Origin: an uncultured Acidimicrobiales bacterium
GTDB taxonomy: Bacteria > Actinomycetota > Acidimicrobiia > Acidimicrobiales > VFJN01
Assembly: GCA_963735375.1 (NCBI GenBank)
Contig: CAVTKS010000006.1
Location: 1,178,345-1,242,344 of the forward strand
Length of the DNA stretch: 64,000 nucleotides
Direction: 5' to 3'
The stretch's first letter is position 1. Every line of letters begins with the position of its first letter. Position numbers and translations under genes: made by a program. This document shows positions 19,228-27,926 of this stretch, in pieces. Under the pieces are notes generated by a model. That model searched no databases and was not told where the DNA came from. It saw only the letters and a list, made by a program, of their open reading frames with translations.

Positions 19228-19261
19228 TGACATACGGCACTGACTGACATATGGCAGTGAC
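19228..19261. promoter_or_regulatory. Tandem 17-nt direct repeats in the TetR/MMPL divergent intergenic region (putative operator)
   Basis: TGACATACGGCACTGAC (19228-19244) is followed directly by TGACATATGGCAGTGAC (19245-19261), with 2 mismatches. The second copy overlaps the short inverted repeat GGCAG-tga-CTGCC. Confidence 0.4.
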
Positions 19262-19286
19262 TGCCACATGTTCTAGCCTAGAGCCT

Positions 19287-21554
19287 ATGTCCCGGGCACT
19301 GCATCGCCTCGGCCGGTTCGCGGTTCGCCGCCGCTGGCTGGTCCTCATCGCGTGGCTCGCCGCCGCTGCCGTGCTGTGGGCCGGTGCCGGCGCCTCTGGC
19401 AGCGGCTACTCGGACGACTTCCGCATCCCCGACGTCGAGTCGCAGCAGGCGCTCGACGTGCTGACCGAGCGGTTCCCGGAGGCGTCGGGTGGCAGCGCCC
19501 AGGTGGTGCTGCACACAGACGACGGCACCCTCTCGTCCCCGGGCCACCGGCAGGCGATCGCCGACCTCGTCGACCGGTTGGACGAGATGCCCCACGTCTC
19601 GACCGTGCTCGACCCGCAGTCGGTCGGCCTGATGTCCGAGGACGGGCGCACGACCCTCGTCCGCGTGCAGTACGAGGGCGACACACGCGAGCTCGGGGCC
19701 GACGCCTACGAACAGCTCGAGGCGGCGGTCGAGCCCACCCGCGACGCCGGCCTGCAGGTCGAGCTGGGCGGCGAGCTGCCCCAGGCCGCCGAGAAGCCGG
19801 AGACCGGGGCGGCCGAGATGCTCGGCGTCCTCGGCGCGATCGTGATCCTGCTGGTGGCGTTCGGCTCGGTCATCGCCATGGGCCTGCCCATCGGCATCGC
19901 CGCCGTCGGCCTGGGGTGCAGCACGGCGCTGATCCTGCTGGCGGGGCTCGTGTTCGACATCCCGGCCGAATCGGGCACGCTGGCCACGATGATCGGCATG
20001 GGCGTCGGCATCGACTACGCCCTGTTCATCGTCACCCGCTACCGCTCGGAGCTGCGTGCAGGCCTGACGGTGGCAGACGCCGCCGGGCGGGCCATCGCCA
20101 CGGCGGGCCAGGCGGTCGTGTTCGCCGGCGGCACGGTCGTCATCGCCATCTGCGGCCTGGCGCTCGCCGGCATCCCCGCGGTCACGGCGATGGGCTTCTC
20201 CTCGGCGCTCGTCGTGGCGGTGATGGTCCTCGCGTCGATCACGCTTCTGCCCGCCCTGCTGGGCTTCGCGGGCCTGCGCCTGCTGCGCGCCAGCCTGCCC
20301 TGGACGCGACGCCGCGAGGCGGACGACGAGGAGTGGCACGATCGCCTCACCCGCCTCGGTGGGTCGTCCGACCTGCGGCCCGACCAGTGGCAACGCTGGG
20401 GCGACCACGTGACCAGCCACCCGTGGCCATGGTTGATCGGCGCCATGCTGGTGCTGCTGCTCGTCGCCGCGCCGCTCCTGTCGATGCGGCTGGGCCAGAC
20501 CGATGCCGGCACCAACCCGATGTCGACCACCACCCGCCGGGCGTACGACCTCACCGCCGATGCGTTCGGCCAGGGGTTCAACGGGCCGCTGCTGTTGTCC
20601 GTCGAGCTCACCGGCGACAAGTCGGCCGATGCCGCCGCCCTCGATGCCCTCGGCCGGGGCCTCGCCGCGGATCCCGCCGTCGCCGTCGTGGCCCCCGCCG
20701 AGGTCAACGCCGCCGGCGACGCCGCGATCGTCACCGTCGTCCCGACCGCGGCGCCCCAGGACGCCGAGACCACCGAGCTCGTGCACCGCCTGCGCGACGA
20801 CGTGGTGCCCGCCGCGCTCGACGGCACCGGCAGCCAGGCGTACGTGGGCGGGCTCACCGCGGTGTTCATCGACCTGTCCGACAAGGTGGCGAGCCGCCTC
20901 CCCGTGTTCATCGCCGCGGTGGTCGGGCTGAGCTTCCTGCTGCTGATGGCCGTGTTCCGCTCCGTGCTGGTGCCGCTCAAGGCCGCGCTCATGAACCTGT
21001 TGTCGATCGGCGCCGCCTACGGGGTCGTCGTGGCGGTGTTCCAGTGGGGCTGGGGCAAGAGCCTGATCGGCCTGGAGGAGACGGTCCCGATCGTCTCGTT
21101 CGTGCCGATGTTCATGTTCGCCGTCCTGTTCGGGTTGTCGATGGACTACGAGGTCTTCCTGCTGTCCCGCATCCGCGAGGAGCACCTCGACGGACGCGAC
21201 AACCGCCGGGCGGTCGTCAACGGCATCTCCTCGACCGCGCGGGTCATCACGTCGGCCGCGCTGATCATGATCTGCGTGTTCAGCGGCTTCGTGCTCGGCC
21301 CGCAGCCCATCGTGAAGATGTTCGGCGTAGGGCTGGCCACCGCCGTGCTGGTCGACGCCACGATCGTGCGGGTGATCCTGGTGCCCGCGACCATGCGGCT
21401 CATGGGCGAGGCCAACTGGTGGCTGCCCCGCTGGCTCGACCGGCTGTTGCCCAACCTCGACATCGAGGGGACGGGCGGGTTGCCGGCGCCGGAGCTGCGG
21501 CTGCCACCCGTCGAGGACGCCACCGCCGACCGGACGCTCGTCGGCGTCTCCTGA
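19287..21554 (+). CDS. MMPL-family (RND superfamily) membrane transporter
   Basis: MSRALHRLGRFAVRRRWLVLIAWLAAAAVLW...DDFRIPDVESQQALDVLTERFPE. Two 6-TM bundles are present, with GIDYALFIVTRYRSEL and SMDYEVFLLSRIREEH motifs. Confidence 0.9.
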   Translation: MSRALHRLGRFAVRRRWLVLIAWLAAAAVLWAGAGASGSGYSDDFRIPDVESQQALDVLTERFPEASGGSAQVVLHTDDGTLSSPGHRQAIADLVDRLDEMPHVSTVLDPQSVGLMSEDGRTTLVRVQYEGDTRELGADAYEQLEAAVEPTRDAGLQVELGGELPQAAEKPETGAAEMLGVLGAIVILLVAFGSVIAMGLPIGIAAVGLGCSTALILLAGLVFDIPAESGTLATMIGMGVGIDYALFIVTRYRSELRAGLTVADAAGRAIATAGQAVVFAGGTVVIAICGLALAGIPAVTAMGFSSALVVAVMVLASITLLPALLGFAGLRLLRASLPWTRRREADDEEWHDRLTRLGGSSDLRPDQWQRWGDHVTSHPWPWLIGAMLVLLLVAAPLLSMRLGQTDAGTNPMSTTTRRAYDLTADAFGQGFNGPLLLSVELTGDKSADAAALDALGRGLAADPAVAVVAPAEVNAAGDAAIVTVVPTAAPQDAETTELVHRLRDDVVPAALDGTGSQAYVGGLTAVFIDLSDKVASRLPVFIAAVVGLSFLLLMAVFRSVLVPLKAALMNLLSIGAAYGVVVAVFQWGWGKSLIGLEETVPIVSFVPMFMFAVLFGLSMDYEVFLLSRIREEHLDGRDNRRAVVNGISSTARVITSAALIMICVFSGFVLGPQPIVKMFGVGLATAVLVDATIVRVILVPATMRLMGEANWWLPRWLDRLLPNLDIEGTGGLPAPELRLPPVEDATADRTLVGVS

Positions 21555-22517
21555 TCAATCGGGCTTGCGCGGCATCGGGATCGTCCGGTCCGTGCTCTCG
21601 GGCATCGTGGTGGTGGCGTCGGCCTCGGCGGCCTCGTCCTGCTGGGGCAGGCCGACAGCCTCGGTGCCGTCGGGATCGGATGGGTGCGGGTCGCCCGATG
21701 CGGTGGTCATCTCGTGGGTGGCACCGGGGCCGCTCGGCGCCGGCGGCTGGGACGAGGCCGAGGCCTCAGGCGCGGTCGATGCCGCAGGTGCGGGCGTCGG
21801 TGCTGCGGGCGATGGCGGTGCCCCGGGGGCGACCGGTGGCGTGGACGTGACCGGTGCGGGTGCGTGTGCCGGCGCCGGCGGGACGACACCGCCGGGCGGG
21901 AAGGCCGTCGGACCGGGGCGGACGGCGGCATCGGCGCTGCCGGCCTGGGTCGGTGCCCACCAGGGTGGCGGCGGCTCGGCGATGCGGTGTTGCGGCGGGG
22001 CCGTCGCCCACGGCGCTGCGCCGGCCGGCACCGGCCGGTCCGCCCGGTCTGGCTGCGTGAACAGTGCGACGGCGAGGCCGACCAACCACCCGGTCCACAG
22101 ACCGAACGCGGCGCCGGCGTTGACCGCCTGCACCAGACCGTCGACGTAGGTGTTGCCGAAGGTCTGGCCGTCGAACACGACGGCCACCAGGTAGACGTAC
22201 TCGATCGCGCCGGCCGCCCCGGCCGCCACGACCAGGGCTCCCCACCCGCCGAGGAACGCCGCGCCGCGCGCCCGTGCGGTGCCCGCCAGGGCACACAGGA
22301 GCGCCACCACCACGATGGCCACGCCGAGGCGCAGCACCACCCCGGCGACGACGTCGCCGGGTGCGTTCCCGACGTCCCAGTTGGCGAACCCGGTGACGGT
22401 GAGACCGAGCGCCTGGCTGTCGGCCTCGCGGGCCGCATCGACCACCCCCGAGTTTCCGAGTGCCGCGACCAGCAGCGTCGTGGTCGTTGCTCCGGCGAGG
22501 GCCGTACGCATGGTCAT
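21555..22517 (-). CDS. Hypothetical membrane protein with Pro/Ala-rich C-terminal tail
   Basis: About 4 predicted hydrophobic spans, then a long PAPxP-rich tail. Its stop abuts the MMPL stop (TGATCA, zero gap). No recognisable family. Confidence 0.5.
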   Translation of the reverse strand: MTMRTALAGATTTTLLVAALGNSGVVDAAREADSQALGLTVTGFANWDVGNAPGDVVAGVVLRLGVAIVVVALLCALAGTARARGAAFLGGWGALVVAAGAAGAIEYVYLVAVVFDGQTFGNTYVDGLVQAVNAGAAFGLWTGWLVGLAVALFTQPDRADRPVPAGAAPWATAPPQHRIAEPPPPWWAPTQAGSADAAVRPGPTAFPPGGVVPPAPAHAPAPVTSTPPVAPGAPPSPAAPTPAPAASTAPEASASSQPPAPSGPGATHEMTTASGDPHPSDPDGTEAVGLPQQDEAAEADATTTMPESTDRTIPMPRKPD

Positions 22518-22559
22518 GCGTAGGTTCTATACCCGATCTCACGGTCAGGGGGCCGAACA

Positions 22560-23399
22560 TCACTCTGAGCGAACCACGGGCAGTGGTCGGATCGTCGTGT
22601 CGGGCGCCCCCGACTCCCGCGCCCAGCGGGCGAACAGCACGCCGATCACCGGCCAGATGAGCGGCACGCTGCCCAGCTTCATCAGCACGCCCGCGAGCTG
22701 CTGATCGGACGCAGCGTCGAACCCGCCGACCCGCGGTGCCAGCTCGTAGACGCCGTACAGCGGGTGGTCGGCGAACGTGAGGAACCCACCCGGGATCATC
22801 GGCACGACCCCCGCGCCGAGGAACAGGAGCAGTGCCCGCGCGGGATAGCTGGGCCGCATCTCGTCGAGTGCCCCACAGATGGGCAGCCACAGGATGACGC
22901 CGGACAGCAGCCACAGCCCGTCGAGCGCGAACGAGCCCGCCTGGCTCGCCCGTAGCGCGTCCACGGAGACCGGTGCGTGGGTGCCGATGAGGACCACGTT
23001 GAAGATCACCGCGGCGGCGACCGGGCGGCAGGCGGCCCGCATCAGCTCTGTGGTGTGGGTGCGGGCAAGGGCGCGGCGCAGCATCGGCTCGCTGAGGCCG
23101 ACGACCAGCAGGGGCGCGGCCACCTGGGTGTAGAGCAGGTACTGCACCATGTGGGCGCTCGCCAGGTAGCCCGAGCCCAGGGTGCCGAGCGGCCAGTCGC
23201 TGGCGATCCACAGCACCAGCCAGCCGGCGACGAAGGCCAGCGGACGGCGCGGGTCGTCGCCCGCCCGCTCATCGGGGGACAGGCGCCTGCGGGCGGCGAC
23301 GTACCAGCCGAGCAGCGCGGCCATGGCGAGCCAGACGCCCGGGTAGGCGCGGGGCGCCCAGTCCCACGGGAGCTTGGATGCCGAGCACCACCAGGTCAC
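22560..23399 (-). CDS. Cytochrome c oxidase assembly factor CtaG-like (caa3_CtaG family) membrane protein
   Basis: ORF 22560..24326 trimmed to GTG 23399, which overlaps the upstream stop (GTGA). Polytopic membrane protein (WLVLWIASDWPLGTLGSGYLASAHMVQYLLYTQVAAPLLVVG). Family call is moderate. Confidence 0.6.
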   Translation of the reverse strand: MTWWCSASKLPWDWAPRAYPGVWLAMAALLGWYVAARRRLSPDERAGDDPRRPLAFVAGWLVLWIASDWPLGTLGSGYLASAHMVQYLLYTQVAAPLLVVGLSEPMLRRALARTHTTELMRAACRPVAAAVIFNVVLIGTHAPVSVDALRASQAGSFALDGLWLLSGVILWLPICGALDEMRPSYPARALLLFLGAGVVPMIPGGFLTFADHPLYGVYELAPRVGGFDAASDQQLAGVLMKLGSVPLIWPVIGVLFARWARESGAPDTTIRPLPVVRSE

Positions 23400-25237
23400 C
23401 GCTCGCCCGCCCGCTCGGCGACCTGGTCCCAGTCGAGGATGTCGACCGGCACCTCGATCGTGCCCGCCTCGGCGAAGGTGAGGCGGAGCGTGATCTGCTC
23501 GCCGGGCGCCAGCGGCCGCGCGAGCTGCTCCAGCATCACGTGGGTGCCGCCCGGTGCCAGCTCCGTGGTGCCGAGAGGGATCTCGAGGTCGATCGCCGTG
23601 CCGGCCTCGGTCTCGCCGTCGCGGGGCATGGCGACGCCCGGCCCCATGAGGGACACGCGACCGGCGACGTCGCTCTCGGCGGCGACCAGGCGGTCGTCGC
23701 GTCCCGCGTTGTCGATCGACAGGTAGACGGCGCTGATCCGGTCGTCGGCCGCCGCCCAGCCGCCGTCGACGGTCACCGGCGCCGGGTCCTCGGCGCCGCG
23801 GTCCCACACGTCGAGCAGGCGCGGGAGGTCGGCCTCCCAGTCCTGCCGGCGCACGCCGAAGGGGTACTGGAGGTGGGACTGGTCGTCGGGTGTATAGGCG
23901 ATGATCTGGGCAGCGTGGCCCACCTCGTAATCGCCGTCGGGCGTGGCGGTCGCACCGGAAGCGGCGACGATCGACCGGGCGATGCCGGCAGCATCCTCGG
24001 CCGCGGCGATCTGCTCGGGCGTGCCGGTCAGGCCCACGAAGTCGGTGCCGAAGTTGTCGAGCCACGACCGGAGCTGCTGGGGCGTGTCGCGCACCGGGTC
24101 GGTGGTGACGAACACGACCACCGGCTCGGGCATGCCAGGCTGCTCCAGAGCGGCCGACAGGGTCGCCATGTGGATGGGGCACACGTCGGGGCACGACGTG
24201 TAGCCGAAGAACAGCAGCGTGAGCCGCCCCTCGGTCTCCGCCTGGAAGTCGTAGGGCCGCCCGGCGGTGTCGGTGAGGGTGAAGTCGGGGCGTTGCAGGG
24301 GCTGGGGCAGGTAGGCGCCGTGCCACCCCTCGTCGATCGCGGGCGTCACGGTGGCGCCGCCGCCACCCGAGTCACGCTGGCTCGCGACGACCGCGCCCGC
24401 CCCCAGGACGAGCGTGGTCGCCGCGATCAACGCCGCCACCCGACCGATGCGTGGACCGGCGGGCGCGGGCTGCCCGGCCGGCGGATCGTCGGCGGCCGAC
24501 GTCGTCTGGTCGGCGGGGTCGTGGTCGTCGGTCACGACGCTGCCTCCGCTGAGGTCGGTGGCGATCGCCGTCAGCTGATCCGGCGTCAGCTCCCCGGACG
24601 CACGGGTGACGACGTTGCCGTCGGCATCGACCGCGACGAAGAACGGGAACGCCGTCAGCCCGGCGGCGGCGGCCGCGGTGTTCTCGCCGTCCACCAGCAC
24701 CGGGGCCGTCCACCCCTCACCGGCGAGCCACTCGCCGGGCGGGTAGTTGGGACGACGGGGGTCAGCGGCGGTCGACACCGTGACGAGGTCGACACCGTCC
24801 GGCAGCCCGCCGCCGTCGACCCAGTCCTGCACGACCGGCACCTCGGCCTGGCAATGCGGGCACCAGTGGGCGACGAACATGATCATCGTCGGCCGGCCGG
24901 TGGCCGGGATGGTGACGGGCGAGCCGTCCAGGCCCGTGCCCGAGAGGGTGGGCATCGCGGTGCCGACGGCCGGGTCGTCCCCGCTGTCGGGCAGCGGTGT
25001 CAGCGGGTTGCCCTCGACCGTGGCGGGCGTGTCGCTGGGCACTTCGGCGCTCGCGGTCGAGCCGGCCGAGTCGGTCGTGCCGCCGTCGTCGCCCGAGCCG
25101 GCGACGAGGGCCACGCCGAACGCGAGGAGAACGACGGCGACCAACCCGGCGACGACGACGAGCGGGCGTCGCGAGGACGGAGGGGTGGACGGGGGACGGG
25201 GACGGGGACGGGGACGGATGGGGGTGTGTGAGCTCAC
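23396..25237 (-). CDS. Three-domain fusion: TlpA/ResA-like thioredoxin + SCO1/SenC + PCu(A)C copper chaperone
   Basis: The three domain motifs are MFVAHWCPHCQAEVP (TlpA), LLFFGYTSCPDVCPIHM (Sco CxxxC) and the C-terminal SAVYLSIDNAGRDDRL...GGTHVMLEQL...LRLTFAEAG (PCuAC). Start GTG 25237 overlaps the dsbB-like stop. Confidence 0.8.
   Translation of the reverse strand: MSSHTPIRPRPRPRPPSTPPSSRRPLVVVAGLVAVVLLAFGVALVAGSGDDGGTTDSAGSTASAEVPSDTPATVEGNPLTPLPDSGDDPAVGTAMPTLSGTGLDGSPVTIPATGRPTMIMFVAHWCPHCQAEVPVVQDWVDGGGLPDGVDLVTVSTAADPRRPNYPPGEWLAGEGWTAPVLVDGENTAAAAAGLTAFPFFVAVDADGNVVTRASGELTPDQLTAIATDLSGGSVVTDDHDPADQTTSAADDPPAGQPAPAGPRIGRVAALIAATTLVLGAGAVVASQRDSGGGGATVTPAIDEGWHGAYLPQPLQRPDFTLTDTAGRPYDFQAETEGRLTLLFFGYTSCPDVCPIHMATLSAALEQPGMPEPVVVFVTTDPVRDTPQQLRSWLDNFGTDFVGLTGTPEQIAAAEDAAGIARSIVAASGATATPDGDYEVGHAAQIIAYTPDDQSHLQYPFGVRRQDWEADLPRLLDVWDRGAEDPAPVTVDGGWAAADDRISAVYLSIDNAGRDDRLVAAESDVAGRVSLMGPGVAMPRDGETEAGTAIDLEIPLGTTELAPGGTHVMLEQLARPLAPGEQITLRLTFAEAGTIEVPVDILDWDQVAERAGER
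25191..25213 (+). other. Perfect G-quadruplex-type motif (G4-5 AC)x4 on the template strand of the fusion gene 5' end
   Basis: GGGGGACGGGGACGGGGACGGGG. Its complement encodes the RPRPRPRP stretch at codons 8-16 of the TlpA-Sco-PCuAC gene. Confidence 0.5.
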
Positions 25238-25776
25238 GATGAGGACTCCTGGGGAAGGACGAGCAGCAGCGCGATCAGGGCGAAGCCCGACAGCGCCATC
25301 GCGGGGATGGTGAGGTAGCCGAACCGCTCGACCCAGATGGTCGAGCAGGGGTTGGTGACGTCGCACGAGCCGGACTCGAGCGAGGGGAAGCGCTCGAGCA
25401 CGACGTGATAGATCGACACAGCGCCGCCGACGAGAGCCAGGGGCAGCGCGTACCAGCGCACGTGTCGATCACGGCGCCAGGCGGCGATCGGCAGGATCAG
25501 GGCCAGCGGGTACATGCCGATGCGCTGGAACCAGCACAGGCGGCAGGGCGGGAAGTCGGCGACCTCGGAGAAGTAGAGGCTGCCGAGGGTGGCGACGACC
25601 GCCACCGCGGCCGCGACGGCGAGCGCGGCGGGACCGACCGCGGCGATCACGGCGCGGGGCCAGCGCGCCGCGGGTGCTAGGGCGCGGGTCGTCAGGGTGA
25701 CGACGAGGCCCACCGCTCCCAACTGCGCCGCGAGTGCGAGCAGCGCGAGGAAGAGGCTCACTTGGTCTGTGGACAC
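25234..25776 (-). CDS. DsbB/BdbC-family disulfide bond formation protein
   Basis: 180 aa with 4 TM segments. First-loop CxxC with a QR motif (PPCRLCWFQRIGMYP) and a second cysteine pair (SGSCDVTNPC). Confidence 0.8.
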   Translation of the reverse strand: MSTDQVSLFLALLALAAQLGAVGLVVTLTTRALAPAARWPRAVIAAVGPAALAVAAAVAVVATLGSLYFSEVADFPPCRLCWFQRIGMYPLALILPIAAWRRDRHVRWYALPLALVGGAVSIYHVVLERFPSLESGSCDVTNPCSTIWVERFGYLTIPAMALSGFALIALLLVLPQESSS

Positions 25777-25869
25777 GGATCTCCGGTCTCGTGGGCGCGC
25801 GCGACGACGGATCGCCGGGCGCGGCGGTCAGCGATGAGCGGCGCGTCGGGGGCCGACGTGCCGCGCGGA

Positions 25870-26427
25870 TCAGATGACCGGGGAGAGCGGGGGGCCCCGT
25901 CGCGACAGCGACGAGACCGGTACGACCGCCGGCACGGCGGCCGGCGAGAGGTGGCGCCACCGTGGTGCGACGGGCCGACGCAGGACCGTCCGTCGCCGAC
26001 GTCGGACCGCAGCGACCGCCGCGCCGGCCTCGTGCGAGGACCGCAGGATCAGCGCCAGCACCCCCGCCACCGCGAGCTGGGCGAGCAGGCCCAGTACGAC
26101 AGCCGGCTGGGCGAGGGTCTGCGCCGGAGAGAGGCCGGCGGCCATGTGCTCAGCGAGCTCGACGGCGAGGAACAGCGAGACCTGCGCACCGGCCAGCGTC
26201 GACCACCGCACCGGCGGCAGCTCGTCGCGGAAGCCGGCGAGCAGGCTGCGGGCGAGGGCCGCGAACGCGAACGGCGCGCCGATGAGCAGGAGGGCGCTCA
26301 GGTAGCCGTGTCCCCCCACGGCGACAGGCGTGGAGCCCAGCGCCGAGGCGCCCTGGTACCCCAGCTCGTGGCCGGCGACGAAACCACCGGGGACGAGGAG
26401 CAGGGACCACCAGCGCAGGGCGCGCAT
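25870..26427 (-). CDS. Hypothetical membrane protein
   Basis: ORF 25870..26565 trimmed to ATG 26427 (MRALRWWSLLLVPGGFVAGHELGY). Has 4 hydrophobic segments and an Arg-rich tail. No family recognised. Confidence 0.4.
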   Translation of the reverse strand: MRALRWWSLLLVPGGFVAGHELGYQGASALGSTPVAVGGHGYLSALLLIGAPFAFAALARSLLAGFRDELPPVRWSTLAGAQVSLFLAVELAEHMAAGLSPAQTLAQPAVVLGLLAQLAVAGVLALILRSSHEAGAAVAAVRRRRRTVLRRPVAPRWRHLSPAAVPAVVPVSSLSRRGPPLSPVI

Positions 26428-26682
26428 CACGTCATCCAGGTTAGGGGAGCGCCCCGACAACGCCCCAGTCACGCCGCGGTCACGTAGGCGACGACCATCG
26501 CCGTCAGCCGACAGACGGCGATCTGGGGGCCCTCGCGGCGAGCAGAACATGCGCCGAGCGGGCAATCGGTCGCGCTTGCGAAAGTCAGCATGGACAGCAT
26601 CGCCGCTCCGAGGCGTGCGACATCAAGCCGGCGATCTGGGATACGACCGCGGGGCGAAACGGTTGGCGACCGGATGGGCGGC

Positions 26683-26702
26683 TCATATGTACGTATGTAT
26701 GA
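26683..26702. promoter_or_regulatory. AT-rich imperfect palindrome 10 nt upstream of a TetR start (putative operator / -10 region)
   Basis: TCATATGTACGTATGTATGA matches its reverse complement at 16 of 20 positions. It is strikingly AT-rich for this genome. Confidence 0.35.
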
Positions 26703-26712
26703 TCCCCCTTCC

Positions 26713-27375
26713 ATGACTGACACACCAGGCACCCGGGACAAATTGATACGAGCGACACGGGAGGCCATCCGGGACGTCGGCATGCCAGCGACCACGGCCC
26801 GCGAGATCGTCGGGCGGGCATCGGCCAACCTGGCATCGATCCCGTACCACTTCGGCACGAAGGACGCTTTAGTGGCCGAGGCCCTGGTCGCCGAGGCCCA
26901 CGAGCTGGTCGCTCCGGTGCTGACACTGCTGGCCAGCGACAGGCCGGCGGCCGAGCGAGCGACCGAGGCGGTGGCCATGCTCAACGACCTGTTCGAGGCC
27001 AGCCGGCCCCAGGTCCCCGTCTACCTCGCGGCCCTGGCGGCCGCGCCGCACACGCCCGGCGTGCGCAGCGGGCTCGGCACGCTATGGGCCGAGCTCCGCG
27101 CCCGCCTGGCCGACGACATCGCACGCCAGGTCGACGAGGGCCGGCTCCCGCAGTGGGTGTCGCCGTCCGCCATGGCTGCGGCCATCCTCAGCCTGGTGAA
27201 CGGGGTCATCGTCGCCTCGGCGATCGACCCCGACGGCCCCGACCACCGTGAGGTGGCTGCCCAGTTCCTCGCCCTGCTCCTGGCCGCCGGAGTGCCCGGA
27301 CCGGGCGGCGGCTCGGGGGCCGGGACCGTGCGGGTCGCAGGCCCCAGCTCCCCCGACGGGAGCGCGGAGCGATGA
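26713..27375 (+). CDS. TetR-family transcriptional regulator
   Basis: MTDTPGTRDKLIRATREAIRDVGMPATTAREIVGRASANLASIPYHFGTKDALV. ORF 26590 trimmed to ATG 26713. Confidence 0.85.
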   Translation: MTDTPGTRDKLIRATREAIRDVGMPATTAREIVGRASANLASIPYHFGTKDALVAEALVAEAHELVAPVLTLLASDRPAAERATEAVAMLNDLFEASRPQVPVYLAALAAAPHTPGVRSGLGTLWAELRARLADDIARQVDEGRLPQWVSPSAMAAAILSLVNGVIVASAIDPDGPDHREVAAQFLALLLAAGVPGPGGGSGAGTVRVAGPSSPDGSAER

Positions 27376-27926
27376 TTATCATGATCCTCATGCTGCTGGG
27401 CGTCGCCGCGATGACCGGCGGCGCGGCGCAGATGATCCGGACCACCGCCAACCGGCGGCGCCCGTGGTCCGATCGAACGACCAGGCATCTGGCCTGGGCG
27501 GCCTTCGCGTGGACGGTCCTCGCCGGGGTCGTTCTGCTGTTCGCGCCCACCATGTCGTCCACCGTGTCGGTGTCCTCGGGCGACCAGATGTCGCCGGCCG
27601 GTTCGCCCCCCGAGGTCATGACCACCACGTCGACGGGGACGCTGCTCGAGCACGAGGGGGCCGGCGTCATCGCCGTGCTGCTCGTTCCCGTCGCCGTCGC
27701 CCTCGTCGGTGCACTCGGGAACGGCCCGGCCGCCCGGCGGCGACGCATCACCGCCGGGTGGGTGCTGGCGGGCTTCTGCGTGCTCGGCGCCGCGTCCCTG
27801 GGGATCTTCTTTCTGCCGGCCACGGTCGCCCTCCTCACCGCCGGGCTCAAGACTCGGCGCCGCACCGCCGGGCCAGGCCCGAGGAGAGGGGCCACGCGGT
27901 TCCGTCCCCTGAACCCGGAAAGCTGA
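27372..27926 (+). CDS. Hypothetical membrane protein co-transcribed with TetR
   Basis: ATG overlaps the TetR stop (ATGA). Has 4 hydrophobic spans (MIIMILMLLGVAAM..., LAWAAFAWTVLAGVVLLF..., VIAVLLVPVAVALVGAL, WVLAGFCVLGAASLGIFFL). Confidence 0.5.
   Translation: MIIMILMLLGVAAMTGGAAQMIRTTANRRRPWSDRTTRHLAWAAFAWTVLAGVVLLFAPTMSSTVSVSSGDQMSPAGSPPEVMTTTSTGTLLEHEGAGVIAVLLVPVAVALVGALGNGPAARRRRITAGWVLAGFCVLGAASLGIFFLPATVALLTAGLKTRRRTAGPGPRRGATRFRPLNPES

Noticed and set aside
21552-21557. Zero-gap convergent stop codons (TGATCA) of the MMPL gene and the Pro-rich membrane protein gene
   Set aside because: This is probably just tight packing. The Pro-rich tail of the minus-strand ORF could be partly over-called, but there is no evidence of anything functional at the junction.
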